Shown: positions 13,813 to 26,840 of the stretch, piece after piece
Position numbering within the stretch: the first letter of the stretch is position 1
Layout: each line of letters opens with the position of its first letter
Assembly: GCF_009914755.1 (NCBI RefSeq)
Contig: NC_060935.1
Origin: the human T2T-CHM13v2.0 reference genome, Homo sapiens
Reading direction: 5' to 3' (one strand)
Length of the DNA: 64,000 nt
Program-made: the position numbers and the translations under genes
The notes under the pieces: generated by a model
Seen by the model: the letters and a program-made list of their open reading frames with translations, nothing else
The model's database searches: none
Told to the model about the DNA's origin: nothing

Positions 13813-15380
13813 TAGTACTTGCTTAAAGAAAGGAGTCAGAGGAGAGGGCTGGTGCTCCCACCGCTCCGTGCTCTCAGGACAGGCAGGGAAACAGGTGTTA
13901 AATCAGCGTGACCCAAAGCTGCTCTGCCCTGCTTTTGGGGAAGCAAATACCACAAGGGCTTGCAGGGGTGCGTCCCTGGGGTGTAGTCAGCACCTGCAGT
14001 AGCCAGAGGGGCAGCCACGTGGACTCTCACCCACAGCAGTTCCCATCCTAATCATCTGTTTCTCCCTGGGTCTTTCCTACCCTGCCTTTCCCAGTGATAG
14101 AGGGTGGGAAAGATGGGGTGAGAAACAGAAGGCTGATCGCCTCCTTGTCTGGACTATTCTGCACAGGCAATGCCTATGCCCTTGGGGCCCCCAGCAGTCG
14201 GGCACAGACTGAGCCTAGTATTGGGTCCCGGCCAAGGATGCCATCACCACAAAGTGTCAGCTTAGCTGCTGCATTGCCAGGATCCCTGTTTCAGGGAACT
14301 ATGACGTCTGGGCAGGTCAGTTCTTCCTTCCCTGGCACATCTCTGGTTCTGTGCTCCCTAGGGGCAAAGAGCACCCCTCTTCTGGAAGCCTTACCCTCTT
14401 TTCCTCCTGGAAAAGCCTTCACCTGGTCTTTAGGGGAGAAATTGGGGTTTAGGGCAACACAGACACCTCCTGCTGAGTCAGCACCATCTTTGCATCTAGT
14501 TAGAAATGGTCTGGTTAGGTAGCCATCCCCTGGACTCTGTTTTTCTCTCCTGTTTAGGTAAGAGCTGTGTCTGGGCTAAGGGCAGCTGGGTGGACCAAGT
14601 GTGGGTCTGGCTTTACTAGAGACATTCACCCAAAGAGCTCGTTCCAGCCCCTGCGCCCCTCGCGTTTCCACCAAAGCTTCAGCTCCTGGGCTGAGCCCCC
14701 AGGCAGAAGTTCTCTGCCCCTCCCTCTTGTGCTGGCTGCTGGCATTGCCAAGTTCTGCCGGGGCTGAGCGCCAGGTTGGCAAGGTAGTCCATGCCCCATT
14801 GATCACAACCAGCTGGCTGCACAGAAGTTGGGCAGCCCCTCTCCAGGTTCAGCTCCTTTCAAACAATGTCTTTTGCTTATGGCGACCTCCATACCCAAGG
14901 GAATCAGACAGCCATCTCTCTCCATCCCATCTGCCTTTCCCTGGGAGCCTCTCAGATCTGGAGGCAGTAGAGGGCTGAGGGGTGGGAGTGGGAGCTATTC
15001 GTAAACGCTCAATTTTCATCTCTGCTGGGAGAGGCAGGTGCCGGGGAATGCGTTGATACCCACTTTCGGGTCAGTGCGCCACGTGCCGCGGGAGATTCGG
15101 ATGAGAGGGATGGGCGTCGGCAGCCCCACTCTAAACTGGAAGGGACCTGGGGGTGGGGGCGCAGGGATCCAGGGTGGCAGAAGTTCAGAAAAGAGTTACT
15201 GCTCTTTCTCAGACAGGAGAGAATCTCGTTTGGGGTAAGGCTGGAGAAGATGAGTGGGGAGGGCTTTTTTTTTTTTTTTTTTTTTTTTCTCAGAGGGATT
15301 GGAAGGGGAGATTTTAGAGACGCTGGGAGGCGTCTGGGGGGCCTCCGGGCACGGCGGCTGGAGGAGGCTCTCAGTCCTAC

Positions 15381-16100
15381 CTGCAGGTCGGCCCCGTAGA
15401 AGGCAGCCATGGACGCATCGGCCACCAGCAGCGTCTCCACGAAGCGCGCCTCAGACACAAACCGCTTGGTCCTACTCGTGGCCCCCAGGGGCGGTGGCGG
15501 CTCGCTAGCGCCTTCTGCCTCCTCTTCTTGGCTCTCCTCCTCGCTGTCCTCCTGGTGGTCTCCTCTCTCCTGCCTCTGACCCTCTCCCGTCTCCACCTCC
15601 CACTCGGGTCCTCGCGGGAGGGGGCGGGCTCCGGCGGGACCCCAGCGCTGCAGGCGGTGCGGCTGAGCCAGGGAGCCCCCCGCGCCCTGCGGCTGGATGG
15701 TGAACTCCTCGCCGTCCAGCAGGAAGGAGCCGCTCAGCCCGCGGCACAGGCTGACCGCCGCCAGCGACTCGGGCTCCCCATTCACGGTGCCGGAGAAGAA
15801 GCAGCCGCGCAGCCCCCGCTCGCCCCCGGTCGCCCGGCCGGAGCCCCCGAGGCGCTCGATCTTGAACTCGGGCGCCAGGAAGCTGTCGTCGGGCGCCAGG
15901 CGCAGCACGAAGCCCTTGCCGAAGGCGGACAGGTGGAGCGCGAGCTCGCCCGCGCTGCCGGGCAACCGCGTGGGCACCACCAGCTCCGAGGCCTGCCCCC
16001 CGGCTGCGGGCCGGGCCGGGGCGCCGCGGGCCAGCGGCAGCAGCAGCAGCAGCAGCAGCAGGAGCGGAGGCCACCGGGGGGCGGCGGGGGCGGGGAGCAT
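15381..16100 (-). CDS. ADAMTS8: ADAMTS8 coding exon 1 (signal peptide, prodomain, furin site, start of metalloprotease domain)
   Basis: ATG at 16100; MLPAPAAPRWPPLLLLLLLLLPLARG signal peptide; RTKR|FVSEARFVETLLVAD; ends DLQ|gtagga; 720 nt, phase 0. Confidence 0.97.
16038..16061 (-). repeat. Coding (CTG)8 encoding signal-peptide poly-Leu
   Basis: (CAG)8 on the + strand. Confidence 0.95.
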
Positions 16101-16445
16101 GGGGGCTGCGGCGGTGGCTGCGCGCAGGAGAGGGAAGAAGCCCGCCAGGCGCGGGCAGGTGCTGGCGGCCCGAGCGCGGCCCGGCCGCTCTCTCCAGGAA
16201 AAGCGGAATCAATCGGGTGCAAGGCCGACTCGGCCCGCGGGGCCCGGCGGCGGGAGCGCTCCCCCGGCGGCCCCTCTGGCTGGCGCAGCCCGCTCCTCCC
16301 GCGCCGCCGCCCCCGAGCCGAGCGCGAGCAGCTGGCCCCGGCCCGCGTGCGCCCGTCCTCCGCCCCTGCCCGCGCCAGCCCCGCGCAGCCGCCTCCTGCC
16401 TCCTCCCCACCCCGGGAAGCACCGAGTGGGCTGCCGAGCCCTTCT

Positions 16446-16626
16446 TATTTATACTTCCTTCCCGGCTTGACATAAGAGGTTTATTTTTGATCTCTCACTA
16501 TTCCCGTTTCCCCTCCCCTGGGATCAGAGAGAGAAACTGAAAAGAGGGAGAGAGAGTGGAGAAAAAAAAATTGGGATGAAATGCAAAACCAATCAGGCAG
16601 CGAGACCCGTCCGCCACCCGCCCCCC
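16446..16626 (-). promoter_or_regulatory. ADAMTS8 core promoter: TATA box, CCAAT box, GC boxes
   Basis: TATAAATA on - strand at 16446-16453; AACCAATCAG around 16589; CCGCC boxes at 16611-16626. Confidence 0.6.
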
Positions 16627-18139
16627 TGAAGTGTCAACTACAACTTCTTTCCTTTCCCTCTACGCGTGGACCCACGTTAACCCCTACCATGCTGGACTGA
16701 CCCTTTAGAAAGAGTCCCTGGGAGACCCCAACCGCTTTCTCCTCTGCGGCCAAGAGTCCAGGATGCATCTTCCGAAGAGGCTCGTGCACTGGTCTCAGCG
16801 ACCCTGTTCGGATCCCTGCAGAGTCCGACTGCAGAGCCCGACACTGTTGGGATCCCTGCAGATGCCTCCGGAGATCCGACTGTGTGGGGAGAAGGTTCCT
16901 GAGCTTTTCATTGTAAAGCATAAAGGGAGAGGAGGAAAAGGTCATGCTAAAATCATGCCCTCCTCTCATCACTACTGCACAGCCTTCCTAACTTTCACTC
17001 CAAACTGAAGATGGGGAAAACAAAAACAAAACAAAAAACAACCCACCTGGTTAACCCTAAGAGGGACTCTCACTGTCCTGTTAGAGGGCAGGTGGGGCAG
17101 AGGCCAGCACAGTGGTAAGTTACCAGCACTGAGGTTGGAAGTTAGCATTTCCCCAAGAGGGAAACAGACCTCCAGTCCCTGAAAAAGGTCTTCTCTTCTG
17201 GATACTGCTAGTTGCCCGGGACTTCAAGTAAGGTGGCAGGCCCTTTCACTGCGTTGCCACAGCCCCAGGAACAAATGTGTATGAGGTGAATTTATTCTGT
17301 CCCATGTCACCACTGCCCCCTAGGGAAGGGGGTAGTATTCAGGAAGAGAGGGATGACATGGTCTCAAGACCACAAAACTGCATCCCATCCCAGTCTCAAT
17401 GACACAGGTCTGGATTGGGTGGAGGGCCCTGTTCTCTACCTACAAACTCTAGACTCATCCACCAACTGTGCCTTTCTCTGAGTTGTCAATGTGGGTGATG
17501 CATTAGGAACCGCTGGGATCAGGGCCTTTAAATCCTTTGCCAATTCACCTGCCCCCAGGTACCCAGCTCTGTGCTTATGCTGGGGATGTTGACAGTCGAG
17601 GTCATCGCTGATTCTTTTCAGCCCATCTGACCCCTTCCTGCAGTGTGGTGGTTCAGCATGCATCTGAGACTCTCAGGGCTTGTTACCTCCAAAGAGGAGG
17701 CTCTTGCCCAGGGGAAAGTGCTGCCAAATTCCCTCTAAGTATCCCCCCTCTCTTTGCTTTCTCAGAAACACAGAGGGACAGCTGTGAATTAGATGAAAGG
17801 ATGAACTTCCCAACCTAGCATGGTGCAGAACCTCCTTTCCTGCATAATTTATAGGATAGGAATAACGAGTCTAGAATGTTTTGGGGAAACACTTCTAGAG
17901 GAAGGACAATGGAAAGAATGGTCTCTTCAACCCTTTTCTCAAAACAAGCAAAACACTTCGTCCTAGCACAGTGTACAGTGCTTGGGACATCCTGTACAGT
18001 GCTTGGGACAGTCTGACCTGGGCAAGCAATGAATACAACTCTGTGTTGCCTCAGGGCTATTGTAACAGTTCAATGACTGGTTTTTACCTCCTTGAAGCCC
18101 CTTATTTGCTGTTTCCCAGAGTACAACTCCTGATTTTCT

Positions 18140-18425
18140 CTTTTTGAGACACAGTCTCACTTTGTCACCCAGGCTGGAGTGCAATGGTGCGATCTTGGCT
18201 TACAGCAACTTCTCCCTCTCAGGTTCAAGAGATTCTCCTGCCTCAGCCTCCCAAGTAGCTGAGACTGCAGGCAGGCACCACCACACCTGGCTAACTTTTG
18301 TACTTTCAGTAGAGATGGGGTTTCACCATTTTGGCCAGGCTGGTCTCCAACTCCTGACCTCAGGTGATCCGCCTGCCTCAACCTCCCAAAGTGCTGGGAT
18401 TATAGGTGTGAGCTACTGTGCCAGC
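18140..18425 (-). mobile_element. AluS
   Basis: Alu consensus; TSD aactcctgattttc. Confidence 0.9.
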
Positions 18426-18639
18426 TAACTCCTGATTTTCAGTAGCAGTTAGGTCCTGTGGGTTTTCCTTCTTTCTCGAGTGTAAGCATCTGGGAGGAGT
18501 GGGAGTGAGGAGCGTGCCCAGTTTCCCTTTCTCCCGCCCGAATGCTAAGGGCTAGAAGTGGGAGATTTAACTGAACCAAGGAAAGTCTTGAGTGTCCATG
18601 GAGCCTTTGGTTGTGAAGGCTCTGGAAGTTGCTGCTTCA

Positions 18640-18992
<353 letters not shown>

Positions 18993-19062
18993 TAGCATTT
19001 TGGAAGTTCTCTTTGGAGAGAGAAGTCAGATAGTGAGTTCTGGACTTTATCCTTCCTCATTT

Positions 19063-19140
19063 CAACAACAACATCACCACCACCCCCACCACCCCCACCA
19101 CCCACCACCGCCGCCGCCGCCACCACCACCACCACCACCT
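19063..19140. repeat. Compound (CAA)/(CAC)/(CCG) microsatellite
   Basis: Direct reading. Confidence 0.9.
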
Positions 19141-19274
19141 GCTGACTGGTTCATTGACTGGCCCCGCAGTCCCCGCTCCCTCCTGGATTTCCCCTTCCCC
19201 AGATGTGCAGTGCGGCTAACTTCCAAGGTAGCTCCTGCCGTTCGCAATGCAACCACAAGGTGTCAGGCTTACCT

Positions 19275-19340
19275 TGGCTATGTTAAACCCAGGACCTGGC
19301 TATGTTAAACCCAGGACCTGGCTATGTTAAACCCAGGACC
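19275..19340. repeat. 22-bp perfect tandem repeat x3 (TGGCTATGTTAAACCCAGGACC)
   Basis: Direct reading. Confidence 0.95.
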
Positions 19341-19518
19341 CTTGCCACAGGGAGAAAGGGTGGGTGGTTTGTAGTGGCCGCTCTTAGAGGAGTGGCAGGT
19401 GAAAACAGTACAGCAAAACAAACATCAACAAACCAACCCGTGAAAATCCCATAACGGCATTCTGCCAATTCCGGATTTCTTACATTACTACTTTATTTCC
19501 CAAAATATGTAATTACGG

Positions 19519-19822
19519 CAGGGTTGCCAAACTACGGCCCTTGGGCTAATTGCTGCACACTGCTTGTTTTTTTGCACTCTACAAGCTAAGAATAGTTTTT
19601 ATATTTTTAAGTGGTAAATTAAAAAAATTAGAAAGAATATTAAAATTTCTTGACACTTGAAAATGGTATGAAATTCAAATTTGTGTCCATAAATAAAGTT
19701 TATTGGAATGCAGCCACAGCCATTCATGTACGCATTCTTTGCTCTTGAGCTGCGAGGGAAGGGTTGAGTAAGCCTAAAATATTTACTATCTGGCTCTTTG
19801 CAGAAAAGTTTGCTGACTCCTG
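19519..19822 (+). mobile_element. MER58B-like hAT-Charlie element
   Basis: cagggttgccaaactacggccc ... aataaagttttattggaa ... gaaaagtttgctgactcctg with inverted termini. Confidence 0.7.
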
Positions 19823-20422
19823 AATGTAAAAGAGCATCAATTTGGATTCCTCAAATTTGGAATCTGGGATTACTTAAGCTCGCTATATGCCATTCTTATG
19901 GAATAAGAAGCTCAAAATAATTGCTTGCTCTGAATGTGAAAAGGAAATTATATAAAAAATGAAAATATCTTTGTTTTGTCTTTAATTCTGTATCTAATAG
20001 TTGCTTATTATTTAATCCATCCTTAATAATTAAAAGATTTTTATGTTTATGGTGTCTTATACTGTAGGCCTATAGTGATTTTTAAGTTTTTAATCAACTT
20101 ACATTATTAGTGACTGCTTATTTCTTAGTTTATAACTAGAGTTTTATATGGTATATATGATACATTTTTAGTGTATATAAGTTCTGGTATTCTTTAGAAT
20201 TCCAGACTCCTTAAAACGGGAAGAAACAATGGTGATCATCTAATCCACTGCCACTCACATTTTGCAGAGAAGAAACAGAAATTCAGAGGTTTCAGTGACT
20301 TACCCAAAATGACATAACTAGTGATGAATTTTTTTCCCCAAAATACTATCGTATCCTCTACATGAAGATAAAAAAATTGTTTTGCTTTAGAACTTCATTT
20401 ACAATTCGTACATTTTCAGTAA

Positions 20423-20747
<325 letters not shown>

Positions 20748-21548
20748 GCACTTATTTTAATTTAATTTCCATTCAATCCTCAGTAATAATAGCTTCCATC
20801 TTTTGAGTGCTTGCTGTGCACTAGGCACTGTGCTGAGCAGCTCACAACTCTTATCTCATTTAATCATCATGACAGTCCTCTGAAAAAGACACCTTACAGA
20901 CAGGTAAAGAAATAGGCTGGAGAGGTTAGAGAACTTGCTTATGGTCACCTAGCTAATAAGCAGCAGAGACAGAATTCTTAACCAAGGTGGAAATCATAAA
21001 CTGGAAATTGAATACGACAGTTTTCTGGTGAGATTGTGGTACACTGAATTAGTGTTCCTTTGAGCAGAACCAAGGATTACATCATGGTATTACAGAGCTG
21101 GAAGAGACTCCAGGTGTTCATTGGGCCTGTCGTTGGAGATTTCTTGGGAGAATGGCCCTCCTTTAAAAATCTCAAAGAAGGGAATAAACAGCTTCTCTCA
21201 AAAGCCTGCGCTAGCACTTAAATATAAACAGAGTTCTTTCCTTCTAAACAAAGTAATACCATTTGTGCTACAATTCACGTCCATTTTCTGTAAGTTTGGC
21301 TATTGTGCAATGGCTGTGACTCCACATTGCCTGTAATAAAGGATTTCCTTGTCCTCCTCTATCATATCACTGAGCACACATCCCAGGCAGGCAATGTCTG
21401 ATTTTTGGCATCACTTTTGTGCTGACAGTCGCCTTGTATTCCCTTTGGCCTGCAGGTTTCTGTGACTGCCACCTGCATGTGTGGAAGCATGTCTGTGCTG
21501 CTTAATTCTTCCTTAGTCCTAGATAGTCTCTCTTTTTGGAACCTTTAA

Positions 21549-21855
<307 letters not shown>

Positions 21856-23851
21856 TGGAAATCATTAAATCATATCCCTGAGGCCACTTTAAGTTCAATT
21901 CCCTGTAAAGAGCTAGCTACTCTGATTATTTTTCCTGCCTTCATCTGGTGTTCACAGTCTCAACAGGCATGCTCCCAATTCTGTGATCTATATCAGGGAA
22001 AACCAGATTTAGCAGAAACTTTACTGCGATATTGACATTGTATTGCTTGCTAATGAGGTTTTAATTGATTTTAATACACTGAGAAACAAATTCACAAACA
22101 GCCCTTTCTGTTCCTGCCATTTGTATTCTTAGTGACTAACTGCCAAGTATTGGGTTCCCAAAGTTGCAGAAGAGATGGTTCCTGTTCTCCCAAGATACAG
22201 TCTTGTGGAGGAGTCTAGCAAGAAACTCGTAAAAGGTTGCCCAAGACTCCATGTGGAATGCATCCATGATTACAATCTGTGCTTACTACAGTACCTGGCC
22301 AGTAAGAGTTACTTGCACATTTTAGTATTATAAGCAGTAACAGTTGCCACCATGAGAACCGAGACATAGGTCATGCCTGTCTCACCACATTATGGCCAGG
22401 AGGTGGCACTGTTGGAACTTGCGCTCTCGCTCGCTCTCGGTCGCTCGCTCTCGGTCTCTCGCTCGCTCTCTGTCTCGCAACTTTCTAAAAAATTAGGCAT
22501 CACTGCCGTGTCATGCCAGTCTAAGGAAACAGTCCTTCAACATTGTTCAAAAAATCTCAGCACACAGCAATTCCTCATAGCCAATCACCGGAGCCAGCTG
22601 AAGGAGGCTCTGTCCTGTTCCTTTGTTTAGCGTGAGTCGTGCGTCTCTCCTTCCTATTTATTCTTGTTTCTTCACTTTGATTTCTGCTCTTCATGACACC
22701 AGTGCCTCTCAACTCTAATGATCTCACAGGCTGGGAGAGCTTGCAAAGCTGAGATGTCTCCAGGGCCGGGGTCAACCTTAATCATGAGGACGGCTTGGTT
22801 TCTGTACACCCCAATTAATTAATGCAAACATGTATTTCTCCCAAATCTTCACTATTGATTGTAACCAGCAGGTGGGAGTGTTGGCATATTTACCTTTTAT
22901 GGGTCCTGGAAGGAGAGGGTCTGAAAACGCCCTCAACAATGCATCTCACTAGCCACTAACCACTTCGGAGTTTATATATACATGTAATATGTGTAAATGT
23001 ATTATACAAACTTGCAAAACTACACTTATTTATCTTTGTTTTAGAAGGAAAGAAAAGGGAAATGCAGGAAAGGAGCCAGGATCTTCAGGATCTGGGGTGA
23101 TTTCTCCGAGCAGATAAGCTGCTTATTGAAAGTCACTGTAGCAAGTCCCAATGTAAGTCCCATTGTAACAAGTCCCTTTTACAAGGAACTTGGAAAAACT
23201 ACCCAGTTCTTATAAATGTGCTTACAGTGAGTTAGAGTTGAAGTGCTAAGAAGCGTGCCTGGCACACAGTAGGCATGTTTATTGTTTTCTATCATCATCA
23301 TCCTATCCTCATCATATATATTCCCATCTGGCCTGGTGCAAAGTATTTAAAATGTATCTTGTCACCTTTCCCCTCATCCTCAGGGTCTCTCTTCTTTTAG
23401 AATCACCTAGGGCTCTCCTCTGACCTTCTGTTCTCATGAACAGGAGGGAAGCCAATAAGTCATGAACGCTTTGTTTTGGTAGCAAGTACTACTAGAAATG
23501 TTTGAATTTTAAGAGATCCGAGGAAAGGGAAGCAAAAGAAATAAATGACTAATAGTAGAATTTCAGACACTGTGGCTCCAGCATGAGGGAGCAATCTGGC
23601 TGGGGTCCAGTGACACATGCCAGGGCCCCTAAGTAACTATGCTACCCGTCCCTGCTTGCATCTCTGCAGAACTTTGCACAGGGAGATATTTTTCATTCCT
23701 GGAAGTGTTTAAGCAATGACACGGGTACCTGCAGGGTGATAAAAGAGAATACCAGGACTGGGCAGGAGATTATAGGTCCTTGAAGGACCCATCCCTTCTA
23801 ATTTTAAAATGTTCTTTAAAATTAAAAAAAATTAAAACTTATCCTTGATTT

Positions 23852-23976
23852 AAAGAAAGGGTCTTACTGTGTTGCCCTGACTTGTCTTGCCCTCCTGGGC
23901 TCAAGTGATCCTCCTGCCTCAGCCTACAGACACTGGGAGTAGCTGGGACTACAGGCACGTGCCACCTTGCTGGGCC
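23852..23976 (-). mobile_element. Old Alu monomer fragment
   Basis: ctcctgggctcaagtgatcctcctgcctcagcct. Confidence 0.7.
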
Positions 23977-26186
23977 TAATCTTCAAATAGTCTTGAGTAG
24001 TGGAGGATTATTTGGATTCTGGATAAGAAACACAGAGTTTTGTTTTTGTTTTGACTTTTAGATATCTACCCCCATTGCAAATTGTGCAGCTGTCTGTTGA
24101 TCCCACTTCCTGAGGTTACAGGAGTTCTTTCTTTTTGTCAGAGCATTCTCTCTGGCAGGCGCTCTGTCTGGAGTCTCCTCATGCTCACTGGCATTAGAGA
24201 ACTTTAAAGAGAGACGTAGACAGTAGAGGGGAATGGAACCTAGGAGATCCCTGTCTCTAACCTTTTACTTTTCTGATGGGGAAATTGAGACCTTGTTGGT
24301 CAAATGTCATTTGACCAAAGTCACACAACTGGTTGGCAGGAGATTCAGGGCCAGAATGTAGGTTCTCAGCCACTGTTCTCTTTATGTCACTTCGAATGCC
24401 ACTGTCTCCTGAAGAGCAGGATCTGGGCATGACATGACCAAGTCCCGGGGCTGTCTGGAGGCAGGGCTGACAGTTCAATCTGGGTCCATGGAGTGGGGTG
24501 GGATGTGCTGATACAGTTCGGCATCTTCCCTAACCCAATGGACCATGTTATATTCATTCAGACTGCTCTCTTTTAGGATGTTTGTTTTTTTCTTCACGAA
24601 AAGAGCCTTCTATTATGGAGGAATTCAAAATGTCTATAATTTGGCCATATTTAGTGACTTACAAAGGAGTGTTTTACCCTGTGTAAAACTATTTAAGAAT
24701 GTGAAGGTATCCTCTGATTGCTTCAAAAGATGATGTTGAAAGTAAGAAGGGCTGAGGACTTAGGAAGAGAGTGAGGTTTAGAGCAGCCACATGGTGGGAG
24801 AGGAAGGGGGGAGGGGGATAGATGTAGCCTTGTGCACGTACATGGAAAAGCATTTTAATTAGCATTGAAGCTTCAAATGTTGAAAGCTTTTTTTCCACAG
24901 CTTGCCTTGTGTGTATGTATGGACACCAACTCACATCAAACCTGCCCACCCACCTACACACATGTGCACACACACGTATTTCGGTGGTGCTGGGAGAAGT
25001 GGTACACCTTTCTGTTTCTCCTCTTTCTCATTTTTCCGCTTTTGCTCCCATCTCTGGGCTCCCACCCTAGTCTTCTCTCTTCTCCTTGGACTTTACCAGA
25101 TTTTCTTCTTTCCTCCTTTCCTTCCTCAGCTCCCCATTCTCTGTATCTTCACTTCCAGTAAGTAATTCCATTAACCTACTCTATGTCACAAATGGTGCTA
25201 GACACCAGAGGCAAAGAAATGCAAAAGATAGTTCCCGTGTTCTGATCACCTCTTTCATCATGACAGCTCTTTGTCTGGCAAAAGAGAAAGTTAAATAGCC
25301 AAATAAATATAATATAATGCTGCAAGTACAAGAATAAAGCTATAGCCACAAAACGTGGTATACGGAGTAGTAGTTCAGTAGACGTCTGTTGTTGGAAGTA
25401 ATACATTATGTTGGAAATAACACATTATGAGAACCCAGAAAAAGTAGTGATAGCTGTGTTTTGATGGGCAGGCAGCAGGTTGGGAAGGATTCCATTTGAG
25501 TGATATTTTTGTTGGACTTTAATGAATGAGTAGGAGTTCACCAGGCACTAGAGGGAGAAACCCGCCCCCCGCCAACACACACACGGACACACACACAGAC
25601 ACGCACACACACAGACACACAAACATGAAGACATTAAAGAGTCTGCCATGTTTGAGAAAGTGAGGAGTTCCCTGAGTCTGCGGTGTAAGGGGCTGCTGAG
25701 GCATGGCAGGACTTGCAGCTGGGACAGTCAGCAGGGCCGGTATGTGAAGGGGGGTATTCATCACCCTGGGGACTTTGGGCTTTCTCCCAGAGGGCAATGC
25801 AGGTTCATTGAAGCCTTGTACTCAGGGAAGTGACATGACCGTATTTGTCTTTGGAAAGACAGCTCTAGCAATTGTGTAGAATCAGGATTGCATTAGTGGA
25901 GAGATTGGATAATGGAGACCTGTCAGGACATGACTTCAGGAGATGGCAGTAGCCTCAGCTAAGAAGTGGCGGCAGGGAGGAACGCAGTGGTCACGGGGAG
26001 AGAGATGAGGCTGCCTAGCGGAGGCCTGAGGTGAAGAGATATGCCACTGGCCTAGCTGGGAAAACAGCAGGGAAGAGGTGTAGGTGGACATGCTCATTGC
26101 TTTGGGTGTGTGCATGGGGGAGGAAGAAGTCTGGTACAATTTTGAAAGGAAACAAAGACAACCCCAAATTTCACAAATATTCATAG

Positions 26187-26840
<654 letters not shown>

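Larger units (their letters stand above)
15030..16680. promoter_or_regulatory. CpG island over ADAMTS8 promoter and exon 1
   Basis: Very high GC and CpG density by eye. Confidence 0.9.

Noticed and set aside
15505-16475. Long alternative-frame and antisense ORFs (322, 315 and 257 aa) over ADAMTS8 exon 1
   Set aside because: Expected from stop-codon scarcity in very GC-rich DNA; low-complexity products; the 322-aa ORF's ATG lies upstream of the TATA box
19275-19340. Direct repeats as a CRISPR-like array (also 6133 and 32146)
   Set aside because: No unique spacers; eukaryotic tandem repeats
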